Assembly (NCBI GenBank): GCA_964587725.1
Contig: CAZPLO010000001.1
Span: 32,001 to 96,000, forward strand
Length of the DNA stretch: 64,000 nucleotides
Direction: 5' to 3'
Source of the DNA: an uncultured archaeon
GTDB lineage: Archaea; Altiarchaeota; Altiarchaeia; IMC4; SCGC-AAA252-I15
The translations under genes were made by a program, and so were the position numbers. Below are positions 20,391 through 30,443 of this stretch, piece after piece. The notes under the pieces were generated by a model. It made no database searches. It saw only the letters and a program-made list of their open reading frames with translations, and was not told the origin of the DNA. Each line of letters begins with the position of its first letter. Within the stretch, counting starts at the first letter, position 1.

Positions 20391-21918
20391 CCGGCACGGG
20401 CTGGCAGTCATACTGCTGGTTGCTCTGGCGCTGATGCTCCAGCACATAGGCGGCGCCTTCGGGGGATACCACGGATTCAACGAAGCATTCTACACCCGGC
20501 TGGCCGGGAGCATAGCAGAAAACCCCCTGTCGTATCCGCGGCTGCCCGAAGGCAGAGCAGACTACAACATACCCCCGCTCCTCGCCTACCTCCTCGGATA
20601 CGCGTTCATACTGTTCGGGGAAGGGGAGGCGGTTGCGAGGATGGTTCCCGTAGCATTCAGCCTCCTCGCGGTCGCATCAACATACCTCATCGGCAGGAGA
20701 CTGTATGGGGGGCGGACGGGGCTGGCGGCGGCCGCCATACTTTCCGTGACGCCCATGCACTTCATCGTAGGCAGGAACGTGCAGACGGACATGGTGTTCG
20801 TGGCATTGGGGTTGACCGCAGTATACCTGTATCTCCGAGGGTCGGTGAAGGCCGCCGGCGCAGTATTGGGGCTGGGATTCCTCGCCAAACAGCCGGCGGC
20901 ACTGTATTACGTGGGGTTGCTGGCGTACGAGGTTTGGCGGACGCACGACTCGGAAGACCGCCGTGGAACCTTGAAAAAGTTCGCAGTGTTCACTGCGTGC
21001 GCCGCTGCAGTGGCAGCACCGTATATAATATACAATCTCGTCAACGACCCCGGAGGGTTCCTGGGCGGGCAGACACGCGACGTCATGCTCGCCTCGACCG
21101 GCGGCCCGGGATTGTTCGCGCTAGCCTCCGAAGCATACAATGGATTGTCTCCGCTGACTACATTGGCATTCATCGCAGGCGTCATACTCGTGCTGCGTAA
21201 ACGTGAACGCGACCTCACACTCATCTACACGGCATTGTTTGCGGTGTTCTTCCTGTTCTACAACTTCCACTCATACTATGCGCTGCCGCTGGCGGCGTTC
21301 GCTGCATTGGCGGCGGCACGGGCATGCTCAGGGATACCGTCTAAGAAACTCCGCCTAGCAGCCATCTTACTACTCTACTGCGCTGGACTCTTCAACACCG
21401 CGCTGATGATGTGCGCCAACAAATACGGGTACGAAGAGTTCAGGAGGCTGCCCCGGCACATCCCCGAACAGGATGCTGTGCTTGTTGCTTCAGACGTCAT
21501 AGAACGCAGTTACCTGCCGGTGCTCCAATACTATGCGGACAAGGAGGTGGTTGCAGCCGGCGGATACGACGTCGAAGCAGGTGAAATGTATCCGCTGGAC
21601 TACTCGAAACCCACGTATGCGCTGATACACCGGAGCGAAGTGGACCTGGGGCGGCTGACCGAACAGCACCGGCAGAGACTAGTTGACAACGGCGTCTACG
21701 CGGACGTGCACGCGCTAGCCCTGGGCGGCGTGGTATTCCACCGGCCGCCCATAAACCCCCACTTCTTCACCAACGGCCCACTACAGGTGGAGTGGCTGCT
21801 TCCCCCAACATCATACGGGGTCGTGAAGGTGGGTGAGGTGCCGGAGGTGTTCGCCGTGAAACTGCGGCCCAGCGAACGCCTGTACAGAAGCGACAGAGGA
21901 GGCTACAGCATCAGATAG
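20365..21918 (+). CDS. GT39/ArnT-like (PMT-type) membrane glycosyltransferase
   Basis: FNEAFY, PPLLAYL, EAVARM, QTDM, LAKQP; multi-TM; start re-set to ATG 20365. Confidence 0.8.
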   Translation: MKGHLTLSDRHGLAVILLVALALMLQHIGGAFGGYHGFNEAFYTRLAGSIAENPLSYPRLPEGRADYNIPPLLAYLLGYAFILFGEGEAVARMVPVAFSLLAVASTYLIGRRLYGGRTGLAAAAILSVTPMHFIVGRNVQTDMVFVALGLTAVYLYLRGSVKAAGAVLGLGFLAKQPAALYYVGLLAYEVWRTHDSEDRRGTLKKFAVFTACAAAVAAPYIIYNLVNDPGGFLGGQTRDVMLASTGGPGLFALASEAYNGLSPLTTLAFIAGVILVLRKRERDLTLIYTALFAVFFLFYNFHSYYALPLAAFAALAAARACSGIPSKKLRLAAILLLYCAGLFNTALMMCANKYGYEEFRRLPRHIPEQDAVLVASDVIERSYLPVLQYYADKEVVAAGGYDVEAGEMYPLDYSKPTYALIHRSEVDLGRLTEQHRQRLVDNGVYADVHALALGGVVFHRPPINPHFFTNGPLQVEWLLPPTSYGVVKVGEVPEVFAVKLRPSERLYRSDRGGYSIR

Positions 21919-21964
21919 TGTTTTTAACCGTCTCTTTGAATACATTACATCAAGGTGATAGACT

Positions 21965-22663
21965 ATGGTTGAGCGCGTTCAAACGGGTATACCGGGGCTC
22001 GACGAGCTCCTCGGCGGCGGATTCATCAGGAGACGGCATGTTGTCATATGCGGCGGCCCGGGAACCGGAAAGACCACGCTGGCATACGAGTTCCTGTACC
22101 GGGGGGCCGAACAATACGGTGAGAAAGGGTTGTTCGTGTCATTGGAGCAGAGCCCCGAACGGGTGGTGGATGGGGCGAAGGCGTTGTTCAGCAGCTGGGA
22201 CTGGGACAGACACCTGGACTCTAACATAGTGGTGACGAGGGTGCAGATAGACGACTTCACCCACCTCCAGGACATCATAGGAAACTACGTCAAGGAACAC
22301 GGTGTGAAGCGGGTGGCGTTGGACAGCCTAACCCTGCTGCGGCTGTATTTCAGGGGCGAAGACGCGTACCGGAACAATCTGTATGAGCTGCTCACGTTCC
22401 TCGGAGACCTCGACTGCACCACCCTGCTGACGCTGGAGAAGGCGATGAACCGACGGTCCGACGCCCAATACGACATGGAGGAGTTCGTAGCAGACGGCGT
22501 AATCAACATGTATCTGGTTCCGAAGGAGCGGGACCGTCTGAGGGTATTGGAGATTGTGAAGATGAGGGACACCGACCACAGCACCCGCCTTAGCCCGTTC
22601 AAGATAACACCGGACGGACTGATGATTTCCCCTGACGCGCAGATGTTCGGAGACATCGAGTGA
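21965..22663 (+). CDS. KaiC-like/RAD55 ATPase
   Basis: RVQTGIPGLDELLGGG, GGPGTGKT, LDSL, EEFVADGVI, KMRDT. Confidence 0.9.
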   Translation: MVERVQTGIPGLDELLGGGFIRRRHVVICGGPGTGKTTLAYEFLYRGAEQYGEKGLFVSLEQSPERVVDGAKALFSSWDWDRHLDSNIVVTRVQIDDFTHLQDIIGNYVKEHGVKRVALDSLTLLRLYFRGEDAYRNNLYELLTFLGDLDCTTLLTLEKAMNRRSDAQYDMEEFVADGVINMYLVPKERDRLRVLEIVKMRDTDHSTRLSPFKITPDGLMISPDAQMFGDIE

Positions 22664-23547
22664 AGATGGACAAGGCATCCCGGGTGTACTCCAGCCTGCT
22701 CGCCGGCGAAACAGCATACCTTGCTAAGGTGAACCCGCAGCTGGCTGCGAAGACGCTGGAGGAGAAGGCGGAGGCGCTGAAGAAGGCCGGCGTACAGTAT
22801 ACTGTAGAAGGCGGTCTGAAGATAACCGAGGCACCCGAAAACTCCGGGGAGCTGCTGTATCAGACCATACTCGACTTGGCAGCACCCTATGAGAAACAGT
22901 ACGGGGTGAACAAGCTCTGGAACCCGCTGAAGACCGTGATAGTGAAGGTGTTCCAGAAGAACCGGGACGTGGTCCGGGAGACGGGCATGGAGGTTCCCGT
23001 CGCAAAGTACGAGATAGAGTACATGATACTGGAGACGCTGTTCGGCTTCCAGGGCACCGACTTCCGGAAGAAGAGGTGGATAAACGGGGCCGTGCTCGTG
23101 ACAAACCACGAAATCGTGCTGCCGGAGGACGGCGGCGCAGAACACATTCCCTTGCAGGCCGTCGCCACCGTCGGCCGCGAAATATACGTGGGCTACGAGC
23201 ACGAGATGACCAAGGGGATAGTACGGGCCATAGACTACCAGGTGAAGGAGTCCGGGATGTCCTGTGCGGTGCTGCTGGCGAAGGGGGAGTTGATGAAGGA
23301 GTTCATGAAGGTCGCGTCCGTCATGAGGGCGGAGTATCGGAGGCTGAACCCCACGGAGGAGAGGATACTGCTCGCATTATACGATGAGACGCCGGTTGAA
23401 CAGCTGGCGGGAAAGACAGGTGTGAAGGGGGTCGACGTGACGGCCGCCTTCAAGCGGCTGATGGAGCTCCGGTACACGGACGGGAAAGGCCACCTCACGT
23501 CGTATGGCATTAACGCTTCAATGGAGTTGAAACAGAGAGGTAGATGA
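22660..23547 (+). CDS. Protein with a CheF(DUF439)-like C-terminal half (PH-like + wHTH) and unknown N-terminal domain
   Basis: WINGAVLVTNHEIVL...HIPLQAV and LNPTEERILLALYD...VTAAFKRLMEL...LTSYG match CheF patterns recalled from memory. Confidence 0.55.
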   Translation: MKMDKASRVYSSLLAGETAYLAKVNPQLAAKTLEEKAEALKKAGVQYTVEGGLKITEAPENSGELLYQTILDLAAPYEKQYGVNKLWNPLKTVIVKVFQKNRDVVRETGMEVPVAKYEIEYMILETLFGFQGTDFRKKRWINGAVLVTNHEIVLPEDGGAEHIPLQAVATVGREIYVGYEHEMTKGIVRAIDYQVKESGMSCAVLLAKGELMKEFMKVASVMRAEYRRLNPTEERILLALYDETPVEQLAGKTGVKGVDVTAAFKRLMELRYTDGKGHLTSYGINASMELKQRGR

Positions 23548-24245
23548 AGATGACGGTTGATTTAAGGAGGAGTGTTGTTGTGAACTTTAAGACGTACGAG
23601 CAGGCCACCGGCGCCAAGGCAGTGGCGTTGGCGAAAGTATGCGACGAGGTGGCGCGGGAGCTCGGCGCCAACATCGTGGTTACTGTACAGGCAGTGGACT
23701 TGAAGGCCGTGGCTGACGCCGTCGGCATACCAGTGTTCGCACAGCACATCGACCCCGTGAGGTACGGCAGCAACACCGGGTGGGTGCTGGCCGAAGCCGT
23801 TAAGGAGGCCGGCGCGGTCGGGACGCTGATTAACCACAGCGAACACAAGCTGCCGCTGGAGGAAATCAGGAAACGGATTGAACGGGCCCGTGAAATAGGT
23901 CTGACGACAATCGTATGCTCCGGCAAGGACAGCAACGAGGAGACAATCGACGAAACCAAAGCTATTGCGGCGTTGAAGCCCGACTTCGTGGCCGCTGAAC
24001 CCCCGGACCTCATCGGCGGAGACGTTTCAGTGACCACACGGCCGGAGCTGGTGACGGGTGTCGTGGATGCCGTGAACGAAGTGGACTCCGGAGTCGGCGT
24101 GTTGACGGGGGCGGGGGTGAAGACGGGAGACGACGTCCGGGATGCACTGAAGCTCGGCACACTCGGCGTGCTGCTCGCCTCCGGGGTTACGAAGGCGAAG
24201 GACCCGGCGGCTGCGCTGAAGAACCTGTGCAGGGGGCTGGAATAA
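23544..24245 (+). CDS. tpiA: Triosephosphate isomerase (archaeal type)
   Basis: VVNFKTY, AQHID, GTLINHSE, EPPDLIG, GVLLASG. Confidence 0.96.
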   Translation: MKMTVDLRRSVVVNFKTYEQATGAKAVALAKVCDEVARELGANIVVTVQAVDLKAVADAVGIPVFAQHIDPVRYGSNTGWVLAEAVKEAGAVGTLINHSEHKLPLEEIRKRIERAREIGLTTIVCSGKDSNEETIDETKAIAALKPDFVAAEPPDLIGGDVSVTTRPELVTGVVDAVNEVDSGVGVLTGAGVKTGDDVRDALKLGTLGVLLASGVTKAKDPAAALKNLCRGLE

Positions 24246-24307
24246 ACCAGCCCTTTCACAATTATTATAATTTATTTAAAATAGTTTATAATTTTTTCTA
24301 AACAGTT

Positions 24308-25318
24308 TCAACTGCGTTTTCTGCGGTATTTTTCTATGATTCCTTCGACGTCCGCCGGCTGCTCGGACAGTTCAGCAAGCTGTTCGGCGTTTATGTGGTA
24401 GTAGCCGTGGGTGCGCTGGAGTTCGGAGGAGTCGTATACGGGGACGCCTTTTTCCAGGAGGTGTTCGCGCACCTTCTTCTTGGACGTGAACGCAGCCTTC
24501 AACCCCTCCACTGACTCCGGGACCTGCTCCACCAGCGCCATCCCGCAGACGACGTTGGGGCAGACCCCCACCAACAACGTGCTCCCCAACATGACATCAT
24601 CCAGCAGGCGGCGGCACTCAGACAGCTCCCCCACCTTCCGGGACAGTGTTTTGACTCGGGGGCCGGGCTTCACCTTCGGACGGGACTTCACGTGTTTACG
24701 GCGTTTCTCGGCAGCCAACTTCTCCTTTAGAACCTGTATTGTTTCGTCGCGTTCAGACGCCTCATTGGAGAGGACCCTAACCCGCTTCTCAAGGGAGCGT
24801 ATCTGTTTCTCCTCCTCAGACGGTTCACGGTGGGGCTGCGCTTCAACCTCCCGCTCCTCATCCTCCGGATCCTCCTCCAAAGACTGACAGGCCCGGCTGA
24901 TGCTCTTGCCCTGCAGCACAAAGTGCTTAACATCCTCCCCCAGGCCGAGGGACTCTATCTTCTGCATCTTGTTCCTGAACTGGCTGAACGCGTGCAATGC
25001 GGCAGCCAATGCGTCACGCTGGTGGGCGTCGGAGACATCATATTCCCTGGTCAACTCCAGCTTCTCCTGAACCGTCAAAGACTTTTCAGGCACGTAGAAG
25101 GTGACGCCGAAGTTTGACGCGATGCGGGAAACAAACTCCGGGCCGGGGCGGACGTCGCATGCTATGACAGACGGATGACCCATGGACACTATGTACTCTA
25201 TCGCGGAAGACAAGCCCATCTCCTTCCCGCTTGTCACCCCAACCAGTCCACCCTTCAGGTCGACCGCAGCCACCGCGGTGGTGGTCCCCGGGTCGACTCC
25301 AAAGATAAGGTGTTTCAT
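24308..25318 (-). CDS. DUF460 family protein (RNase H-fold + coiled coil)
   Basis: IFGVDPGTTTAVA, HQRDALAAA. Confidence 0.85.
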   Translation of the reverse strand: MKHLIFGVDPGTTTAVAAVDLKGGLVGVTSGKEMGLSSAIEYIVSMGHPSVIACDVRPGPEFVSRIASNFGVTFYVPEKSLTVQEKLELTREYDVSDAHQRDALAAALHAFSQFRNKMQKIESLGLGEDVKHFVLQGKSISRACQSLEEDPEDEEREVEAQPHREPSEEEKQIRSLEKRVRVLSNEASERDETIQVLKEKLAAEKRRKHVKSRPKVKPGPRVKTLSRKVGELSECRRLLDDVMLGSTLLVGVCPNVVCGMALVEQVPESVEGLKAAFTSKKKVREHLLEKGVPVYDSSELQRTHGYYHINAEQLAELSEQPADVEGIIEKYRRKRS

Positions 25319-26667
25319 GACAGTCTGGTCTGACGGTCCTCAAGGGGATACGCGCCGGTGAGGCATGCGAGGCACAGCTGCTTATCCCCATGGCCTATCG
25401 CTTCGACGAGGCCGTCGACGCTGAGGTATGCGATGGAATCCGCGCCTATGGCGTCGCCTATCTCCTCCACCGTCTTCTCCGACGCGATGAACTCCTTGGC
25501 GGTCTGCATGTCTATGCCGTACAGGCACGGGTTCTTAATCGGCGGCGACGCTATGCGAACGTGGACCTCCCGCGCACCCGCCCCGCGGAGCAGCGAAACG
25601 ATGCGCTTCAACGTGGTGCCGCGGACTATGGAGTCGTCAACGATTATGATGCGCTTGCCCTCCACCTCCGACTTCACGGGATTCAACTTCACCCTCACAC
25701 CCAGGTCCCGCTGCCTCTGGTCCGGCATTATGAAGGTGCGGCCGACGTAACGGTTTTTTATCAAACCCTCGCCGTAGCTGATGCCGGAGCCCTCCGAGTA
25801 GCCGATGGCGTGTGTGATTCCGCTGTCCGGAACCGCACACACCAGATCAGCGCCGACGGGCGACTCCTCAGCCAGTATCCTGCCCAGGTTCCTCCGCACC
25901 TCGTACACGGACTTACCGTCTATGATGCTGTCCTCGCGGGCGAAGTAGACGTACTCGAACATGCAGTGACACATTCTGCCCTTGGGGCCGGTGTAGGAGC
26001 GGAGCGTGTCGCCCAACACAATAATCTCCGACGGCTTCACGTCCCGCACCAGCTCCGCACCCAACACATCCAATGCGCAGCTCTCCGAGGCGAGATAGTA
26101 TGCGTCGTCTAACTGGCCGAGGCACAGGGGGCGGACGCCGCCGGGGTCCCGGACGCCTATTACGCCACCGTCGTAGAGTATGGCGAGTGAGTATGAGCCC
26201 ACCAGCTGCTTCATCGCCGCCTTCACCGCCTTGATGAAGTCGCCCTGGCGGAGGTGCTCCTGCGCAATAAGCTTTGCAATGATTTCGGTGTCCGTGGTGG
26301 TGGTGAATATTCCGCCAGTGGACTCGAGTTTCTGACGGAGTTCGGCGTGGTTGACGATGTTGCCGTTGTGGGCTATGGCGAACGAATGCTGGCCGTAGTT
26401 TATAAGCAGCGGCTGCGCGTTCTCCGGCCGGGACTCCCCCGTCGTCGAGTAGCGTACGTGTCCGATGCCGCATCCCCCAGACAGGTAAGCGTTTTTGAAG
26501 ACTTCGGTTACCAGCCCCATCCCCTTGTGCACACGTATTTTGTCGTTGCAGGTGGCTATGCCGGCGCTCTCCTGGCCGCGGTGCTGCATGGAGTGGAGGG
26601 CGTAGTACACGCTTTCGAAGACGTCCGTGCCGGATTTAGCCCCGAATACCGCGCATTTCTCCCTCAT
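25315..26667 (-). CDS. purF: Amidophosphoribosyltransferase
   Basis: MREK|CAVFG, QHRGQESAG, GHVRYST, VDDSIVRGTT; start re-set to 26667. Confidence 0.96.
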   Translation of the reverse strand: MREKCAVFGAKSGTDVFESVYYALHSMQHRGQESAGIATCNDKIRVHKGMGLVTEVFKNAYLSGGCGIGHVRYSTTGESRPENAQPLLINYGQHSFAIAHNGNIVNHAELRQKLESTGGIFTTTTDTEIIAKLIAQEHLRQGDFIKAVKAAMKQLVGSYSLAILYDGGVIGVRDPGGVRPLCLGQLDDAYYLASESCALDVLGAELVRDVKPSEIIVLGDTLRSYTGPKGRMCHCMFEYVYFAREDSIIDGKSVYEVRRNLGRILAEESPVGADLVCAVPDSGITHAIGYSEGSGISYGEGLIKNRYVGRTFIMPDQRQRDLGVRVKLNPVKSEVEGKRIIIVDDSIVRGTTLKRIVSLLRGAGAREVHVRIASPPIKNPCLYGIDMQTAKEFIASEKTVEEIGDAIGADSIAYLSVDGLVEAIGHGDKQLCLACLTGAYPLEDRQTRLS

Positions 26668-26716
26668 TCTGACGAAGGTAATACTTTTCAACACCAGGGT
26701 ATAATAATGTAAGGCC

Positions 26717-27865
26717 ATGAAATACAGGAGGAAATACTACGGCGTCTGCCAGCCGGGGTTCAAGGCCGGCGGCTCCCGGAAGGGAAAATACGGCGTCGCA
26801 CTGATACTCGCCGACAGAGTCTGTGAAACCGCTGCGGTGTTCACGCGGAACACCGTGAAGGCCGCGCCTGTGAAGTACACAAGACGCATGTTCAGGAGGG
26901 GGGTGCAGGCCGTGGTCGCCAACTCCGGGAACGCCAACTGCTGCGTCCCCGAGGGGATGAATGACGCCGGAGAGATGGTGGAGGAAGCAGCCGACGTTCT
27001 GAAAGTCGATGTAGGAGATGTTGCCGTATCCTCCACCGGCATAATAGGTCGTCGAATGGATGTGAAAACCGTCCGCCAGCTGATACGGGAGACGTCCGTG
27101 CGTTCCGGGCGCCGCGGCAGCTCCGACGCCGCGAAGGCCATCATGACCACGGACACGCGGATGAAGATGTACGCCGCAGAATACCGCGGCATACGTGTGG
27201 GGGGCATATGCAAGGGCGCCGGCATGATTGCGCCCGACATGGCCACCATGCTCTGTTACATAACAACCAACGCCGACCTCCCGCGCAGCAGACTGCAGGA
27301 GGCATTGTCGGAGGCGGTGGGGGACAGCTTCAACATGATTTCGGTGGAGGGGGACATGAGCACCAACGACACCGTGTTGTTGATGAGCAACCGGACACGC
27401 AAATGCGGTGTGAAGGACTTCAAGGGGCTGATGAAGCACGTCACCGCGGAGCTGGCGAAGATGATAGTCCGCGACGGCGAAGGCGCCAGCAAATTCATCG
27501 AAGTCGAGGTAAAGGGTGCCAAATCAGTGAAGGATGCGAGGACGGCGGTGAATGCCGTCATAAACTCCCCGCTGGTGAAGACCGCGTTCTACGGCGAGAA
27601 CCCCAACTGGGGCCGCATAACAGCAGCCATCGGGTCCAGAATCAAGGTGGACGAGTCCAGGGTGGACATCACCTACTCGTCTGGGAGGAAGCGGGTGAAG
27701 CTGGTGTCCAAGGGCGGGGGCCGGAGGACTCCGGAAGCGAAGAAGGTTATGAAAAACAGGGACATCAAGGTCACAGTAGACCTCCGCATGGGACGGTATC
27801 AGGCTGTTGGGTGGGGATGCGACCTCACAGAGGAATACGTGCGGGTGAACGCGGGCTACAGCTGA
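26717..27865 (+). CDS. argJ: Ornithine acetyltransferase
   Basis: ANSGNAN, AIMTTDT, KGAGMIAPDMATML, DMSTND, NWGRI. Confidence 0.95.
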   Translation: MKYRRKYYGVCQPGFKAGGSRKGKYGVALILADRVCETAAVFTRNTVKAAPVKYTRRMFRRGVQAVVANSGNANCCVPEGMNDAGEMVEEAADVLKVDVGDVAVSSTGIIGRRMDVKTVRQLIRETSVRSGRRGSSDAAKAIMTTDTRMKMYAAEYRGIRVGGICKGAGMIAPDMATMLCYITTNADLPRSRLQEALSEAVGDSFNMISVEGDMSTNDTVLLMSNRTRKCGVKDFKGLMKHVTAELAKMIVRDGEGASKFIEVEVKGAKSVKDARTAVNAVINSPLVKTAFYGENPNWGRITAAIGSRIKVDESRVDITYSSGRKRVKLVSKGGGRRTPEAKKVMKNRDIKVTVDLRMGRYQAVGWGCDLTEEYVRVNAGYS

Positions 27866-27898
27866 GCTTTTATATGCCAAACACTTATGTAGTGTGAA

Positions 27899-28513
27899 AT
27901 GTTTTGGATGCAGCGCGGAAGGGTCATAGAGTATCTGATACTAGCTAACGCCTTCATGTTCATGGTGACGGTGGCGGTTCCCGAGCTGGCCATACGTTAC
28001 CTTGCCGTGACCCCCGACAGGGTGCTGCAGATGCCGTGGACGCTCGTAACAAACATGTTCGTGCACGCCGGGGTCATGCACTTGTTCTTCAACATGTTCT
28101 TCGGCGTGTTGATGTTCGGCGGCTACCTTGAAAGGATCATAGGGGAACGGGAGTTTCTGCGGGTGTATTTCCTCGGCGGACTCGCAGCCGCACTGTTTTA
28201 CGTGCTGTTGGCGCTGGGTTTCGGGTTCCCAGACCCCAGTACTCCCGCGGTCGGCGCGTCGGGTGCGGTGTTCGCCGTAATAGGAGCGTTGGTTATGCTG
28301 CGGCCGAACATGCAGATTTTCCTATACTTCCTGTTCCCCATGCCCCTGTGGGTGTTCGCCGGATTCTATGTGTTATACAGCATATTCGCGATACCCACCA
28401 TGGGGGGGGTTGCCGTGTCGGCGCACCTAGGCGGACTGCTGGCGGGCCTCTACTTCGGGCTTAAGAACAAAGGCGGTGGGGAGCCCGAATACCAGTACGT
28501 AAGGTACTACTGA
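27899..28513 (+). CDS. Rhomboid intramembrane serine protease
   Basis: HLFFNM, GASGAVF, AHLGG. Confidence 0.92.
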   Translation: MFWMQRGRVIEYLILANAFMFMVTVAVPELAIRYLAVTPDRVLQMPWTLVTNMFVHAGVMHLFFNMFFGVLMFGGYLERIIGEREFLRVYFLGGLAAALFYVLLALGFGFPDPSTPAVGASGAVFAVIGALVMLRPNMQIFLYFLFPMPLWVFAGFYVLYSIFAIPTMGGVAVSAHLGGLLAGLYFGLKNKGGGEPEYQYVRYY

Positions 28514-29382
28514 TCAGGTATCAGCCGTACGGTGCCGCCGCCGACCGGGTAAACCTGTTTTCCACCGTATCCCATATCGCCTTTATACAGTATCCATAGG
28601 CCGTGGCCGCGGTAGCCGTGTTCGCCGACCGCATTCAATACTGTGTCGTCGTATGAGCCAACGTAGGGGTCGTAGCGGAACGTCTGAACCGCCCGTCGGG
28701 GAACATACGTTGCGTACGAGGGGTAGAATCCAGTCTCCGACACCGCGTCTGCAAAGGTTACGTAGTCGTCGCCCACCAGGTAGGATGCAACCAGCAGAAC
28801 CAGGAGGGTGACTGCAGAAATCCGCAGAGCCCTCTTCAACTCCCCCCTACGGTCCATCGACCCCGATTTATCCACGACACGGGCGGCTAAAAAATATACC
28901 AACCCGAAGCCGAACAGTAGGCCTGTCATCAGACGGAGTTCGTTGCTGCTCTCCCGCATCATCAGAAGCGTCTGGGTGATGCCGTCCACAGTCAATGGAA
29001 TGAAGGACAGTATCAGGAAGGGGACGGACCTGAAGAAACGGTGAAGCTTCAACCCCAGAAGCGGAGTCAAACCGCCGAGGAGGCAGCCGAAGTACACCCC
29101 CATGTCTCGGGCGCACATCGGCGTCTGAAAGCCGTTCAGGAACAGGGAGCGCTGTGGCATCTGATGGCAGTTGGTTGCTAGGTAGCCGTAGTTGTATGCT
29201 AGCATGCTCAGTCCGAACAGCAGCCTGCTGGAGGACTGCGCCAGCAGCGGCGTCAGCAGAAACCACGCCAACATTATCGCGTCCAACGCAACGTATACCA
29301 GCAGCAGAAGGTAGAGGAACTCCACAGTCGACTGCCTGTTCATGTAAGACGTCAGCAGGGATTTCAGTTGTTGCGCGTCCAT
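28507..29382 (-). CDS. DUF2085 membrane protein
   Basis: CHQMPQRS, PMCARDMGVY, DGITQ, SNELRLMTG. Confidence 0.82.
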   Translation of the reverse strand: MDAQQLKSLLTSYMNRQSTVEFLYLLLLVYVALDAIMLAWFLLTPLLAQSSSRLLFGLSMLAYNYGYLATNCHQMPQRSLFLNGFQTPMCARDMGVYFGCLLGGLTPLLGLKLHRFFRSVPFLILSFIPLTVDGITQTLLMMRESSNELRLMTGLLFGFGLVYFLAARVVDKSGSMDRRGELKRALRISAVTLLVLLVASYLVGDDYVTFADAVSETGFYPSYATYVPRRAVQTFRYDPYVGSYDDTVLNAVGEHGYRGHGLWILYKGDMGYGGKQVYPVGGGTVRLIPDQ

Positions 29383-29383
29383 G

Positions 29384-29911
29384 TTAGAACCTGTTGTACG
29401 ATACAGTGTCGTTTAAATCCTTCCGCGGCTTCGGGTCCGGCTCCTCCCAGGGCACACCGAATGCTAGAAGGGCGATGGGAGAATAAGACTCCTGAATCCC
29501 GAACATTTCTGTGAACTCTTCCACTCCTGTTTCGTCCATGGGGGAGGTCATGACGATGCCCCCGTAGCCCAGGTCGACCGCTGCCAGGAGCATGTTCTCG
29601 CACGCCAGCATCGTAGACCAGTCGAAGCGCGGCTTAGAAGCGTCCGCGCATGCCAGAACTAGGATGCCAGCCTCCAGGAAGGAGGAGTCCTGCTCGTACA
29701 GTCTCAGCCGTTCACGGGCGCGGTCGTACAAGCCCCTCAACTTCTTCTTCAGCCCTGGTTCGTCGACGACTATGAAACGCCACGGTTGCGTGTTCAAACC
29801 GGACGGAGCCCACCGCCCCGCCTCCAATATCTTTTTCAAATCGTCTTCCGGCACAGGCTCGGTGAACCTGCGCACCGACCTCCGGCGCAAAGCCAGGTCA
29901 AGAAAACCCAT
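29384..29911 (-). CDS. Nitroreductase family protein
   Basis: RRSVRRF, APSGLNTQPWRF, ENMLLAA. Confidence 0.92.
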   Translation of the reverse strand: MGFLDLALRRRSVRRFTEPVPEDDLKKILEAGRWAPSGLNTQPWRFIVVDEPGLKKKLRGLYDRARERLRLYEQDSSFLEAGILVLACADASKPRFDWSTMLACENMLLAAVDLGYGGIVMTSPMDETGVEEFTEMFGIQESYSPIALLAFGVPWEEPDPKPRKDLNDTVSYNRF

Positions 29912-29972
29912 GGGAGAATATCTGATTCCGCGCTTTTATAACAGGAACCCCTTGTAGTATAAGGTTGATTCA

Positions 29973-30206
29973 ATGGACGTCAAAGTTTATTCTACCCCCA
30001 CCTGCCCCTGGTGCAAACGCACCAAGGAGTTTCTGGACAAAAACGGCGTGGAATACGAGGACGTTAACGTGTCCGGCAACCAGGAGGCCGCGCAGGAGAT
30101 GGTTAAGAAGAGCAAGCAGATGGGCGTCCCGGTGGTGGACGTGGACGGCACCATCGTGGTGGGATACGACGAGGACGCGCTCAGGAAGGCGCTCAACCTT
30201 AACTGA
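29973..30206 (+). CDS. Glutaredoxin-like (NrdH-type) protein
   Basis: YSTPTCPWC, GVPV. Confidence 0.92.
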   Translation: MDVKVYSTPTCPWCKRTKEFLDKNGVEYEDVNVSGNQEAAQEMVKKSKQMGVPVVDVDGTIVVGYDEDALRKALNLN

Positions 30207-30216
30207 CGGATTATCT

Positions 30217-30417
30217 ATGGCTAAGTGGATTATCGAACACGACCGTGACGCGTGCATCGGCTGCGGAGCCTGCGAGAAGGCGTGCGAGAACTGGGCTATG
30301 ATGCCCGACGGAAAAAGCAAGCCCAAGAAGACCGATGTGGACGAGGTGGGGTGTAACCGTGACGCCGTCGACGTATGCCCCGTAGCATGCATTAAAGTGG
30401 TTGAAAAGAAGAAGTGA
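30217..30417 (+). CDS. Ferredoxin (single cluster)
   Basis: CIGCGAC...CPVACI; start ATG 30217. Confidence 0.88.
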   Translation: MAKWIIEHDRDACIGCGACEKACENWAMMPDGKSKPKKTDVDEVGCNRDAVDVCPVACIKVVEKKK

Positions 30418-30436
30418 AAGGGGTTTAACCCCCTTT
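30417..30436. terminator. Hairpin between convergent genes
   Basis: AAAGGGG-tttaac-CCCCTTT perfect 7-bp stem. Confidence 0.5.
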
Positions 30437-30443
30437 GCAGATT

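Noticed and set aside
24308-25318. Transposase or resolvase (RNase H-like GVDPG motif)
   Set aside because: Matches the housekeeping archaeal DUF460 pattern; no terminal repeats seen; overlaps purF as if co-transcribed.
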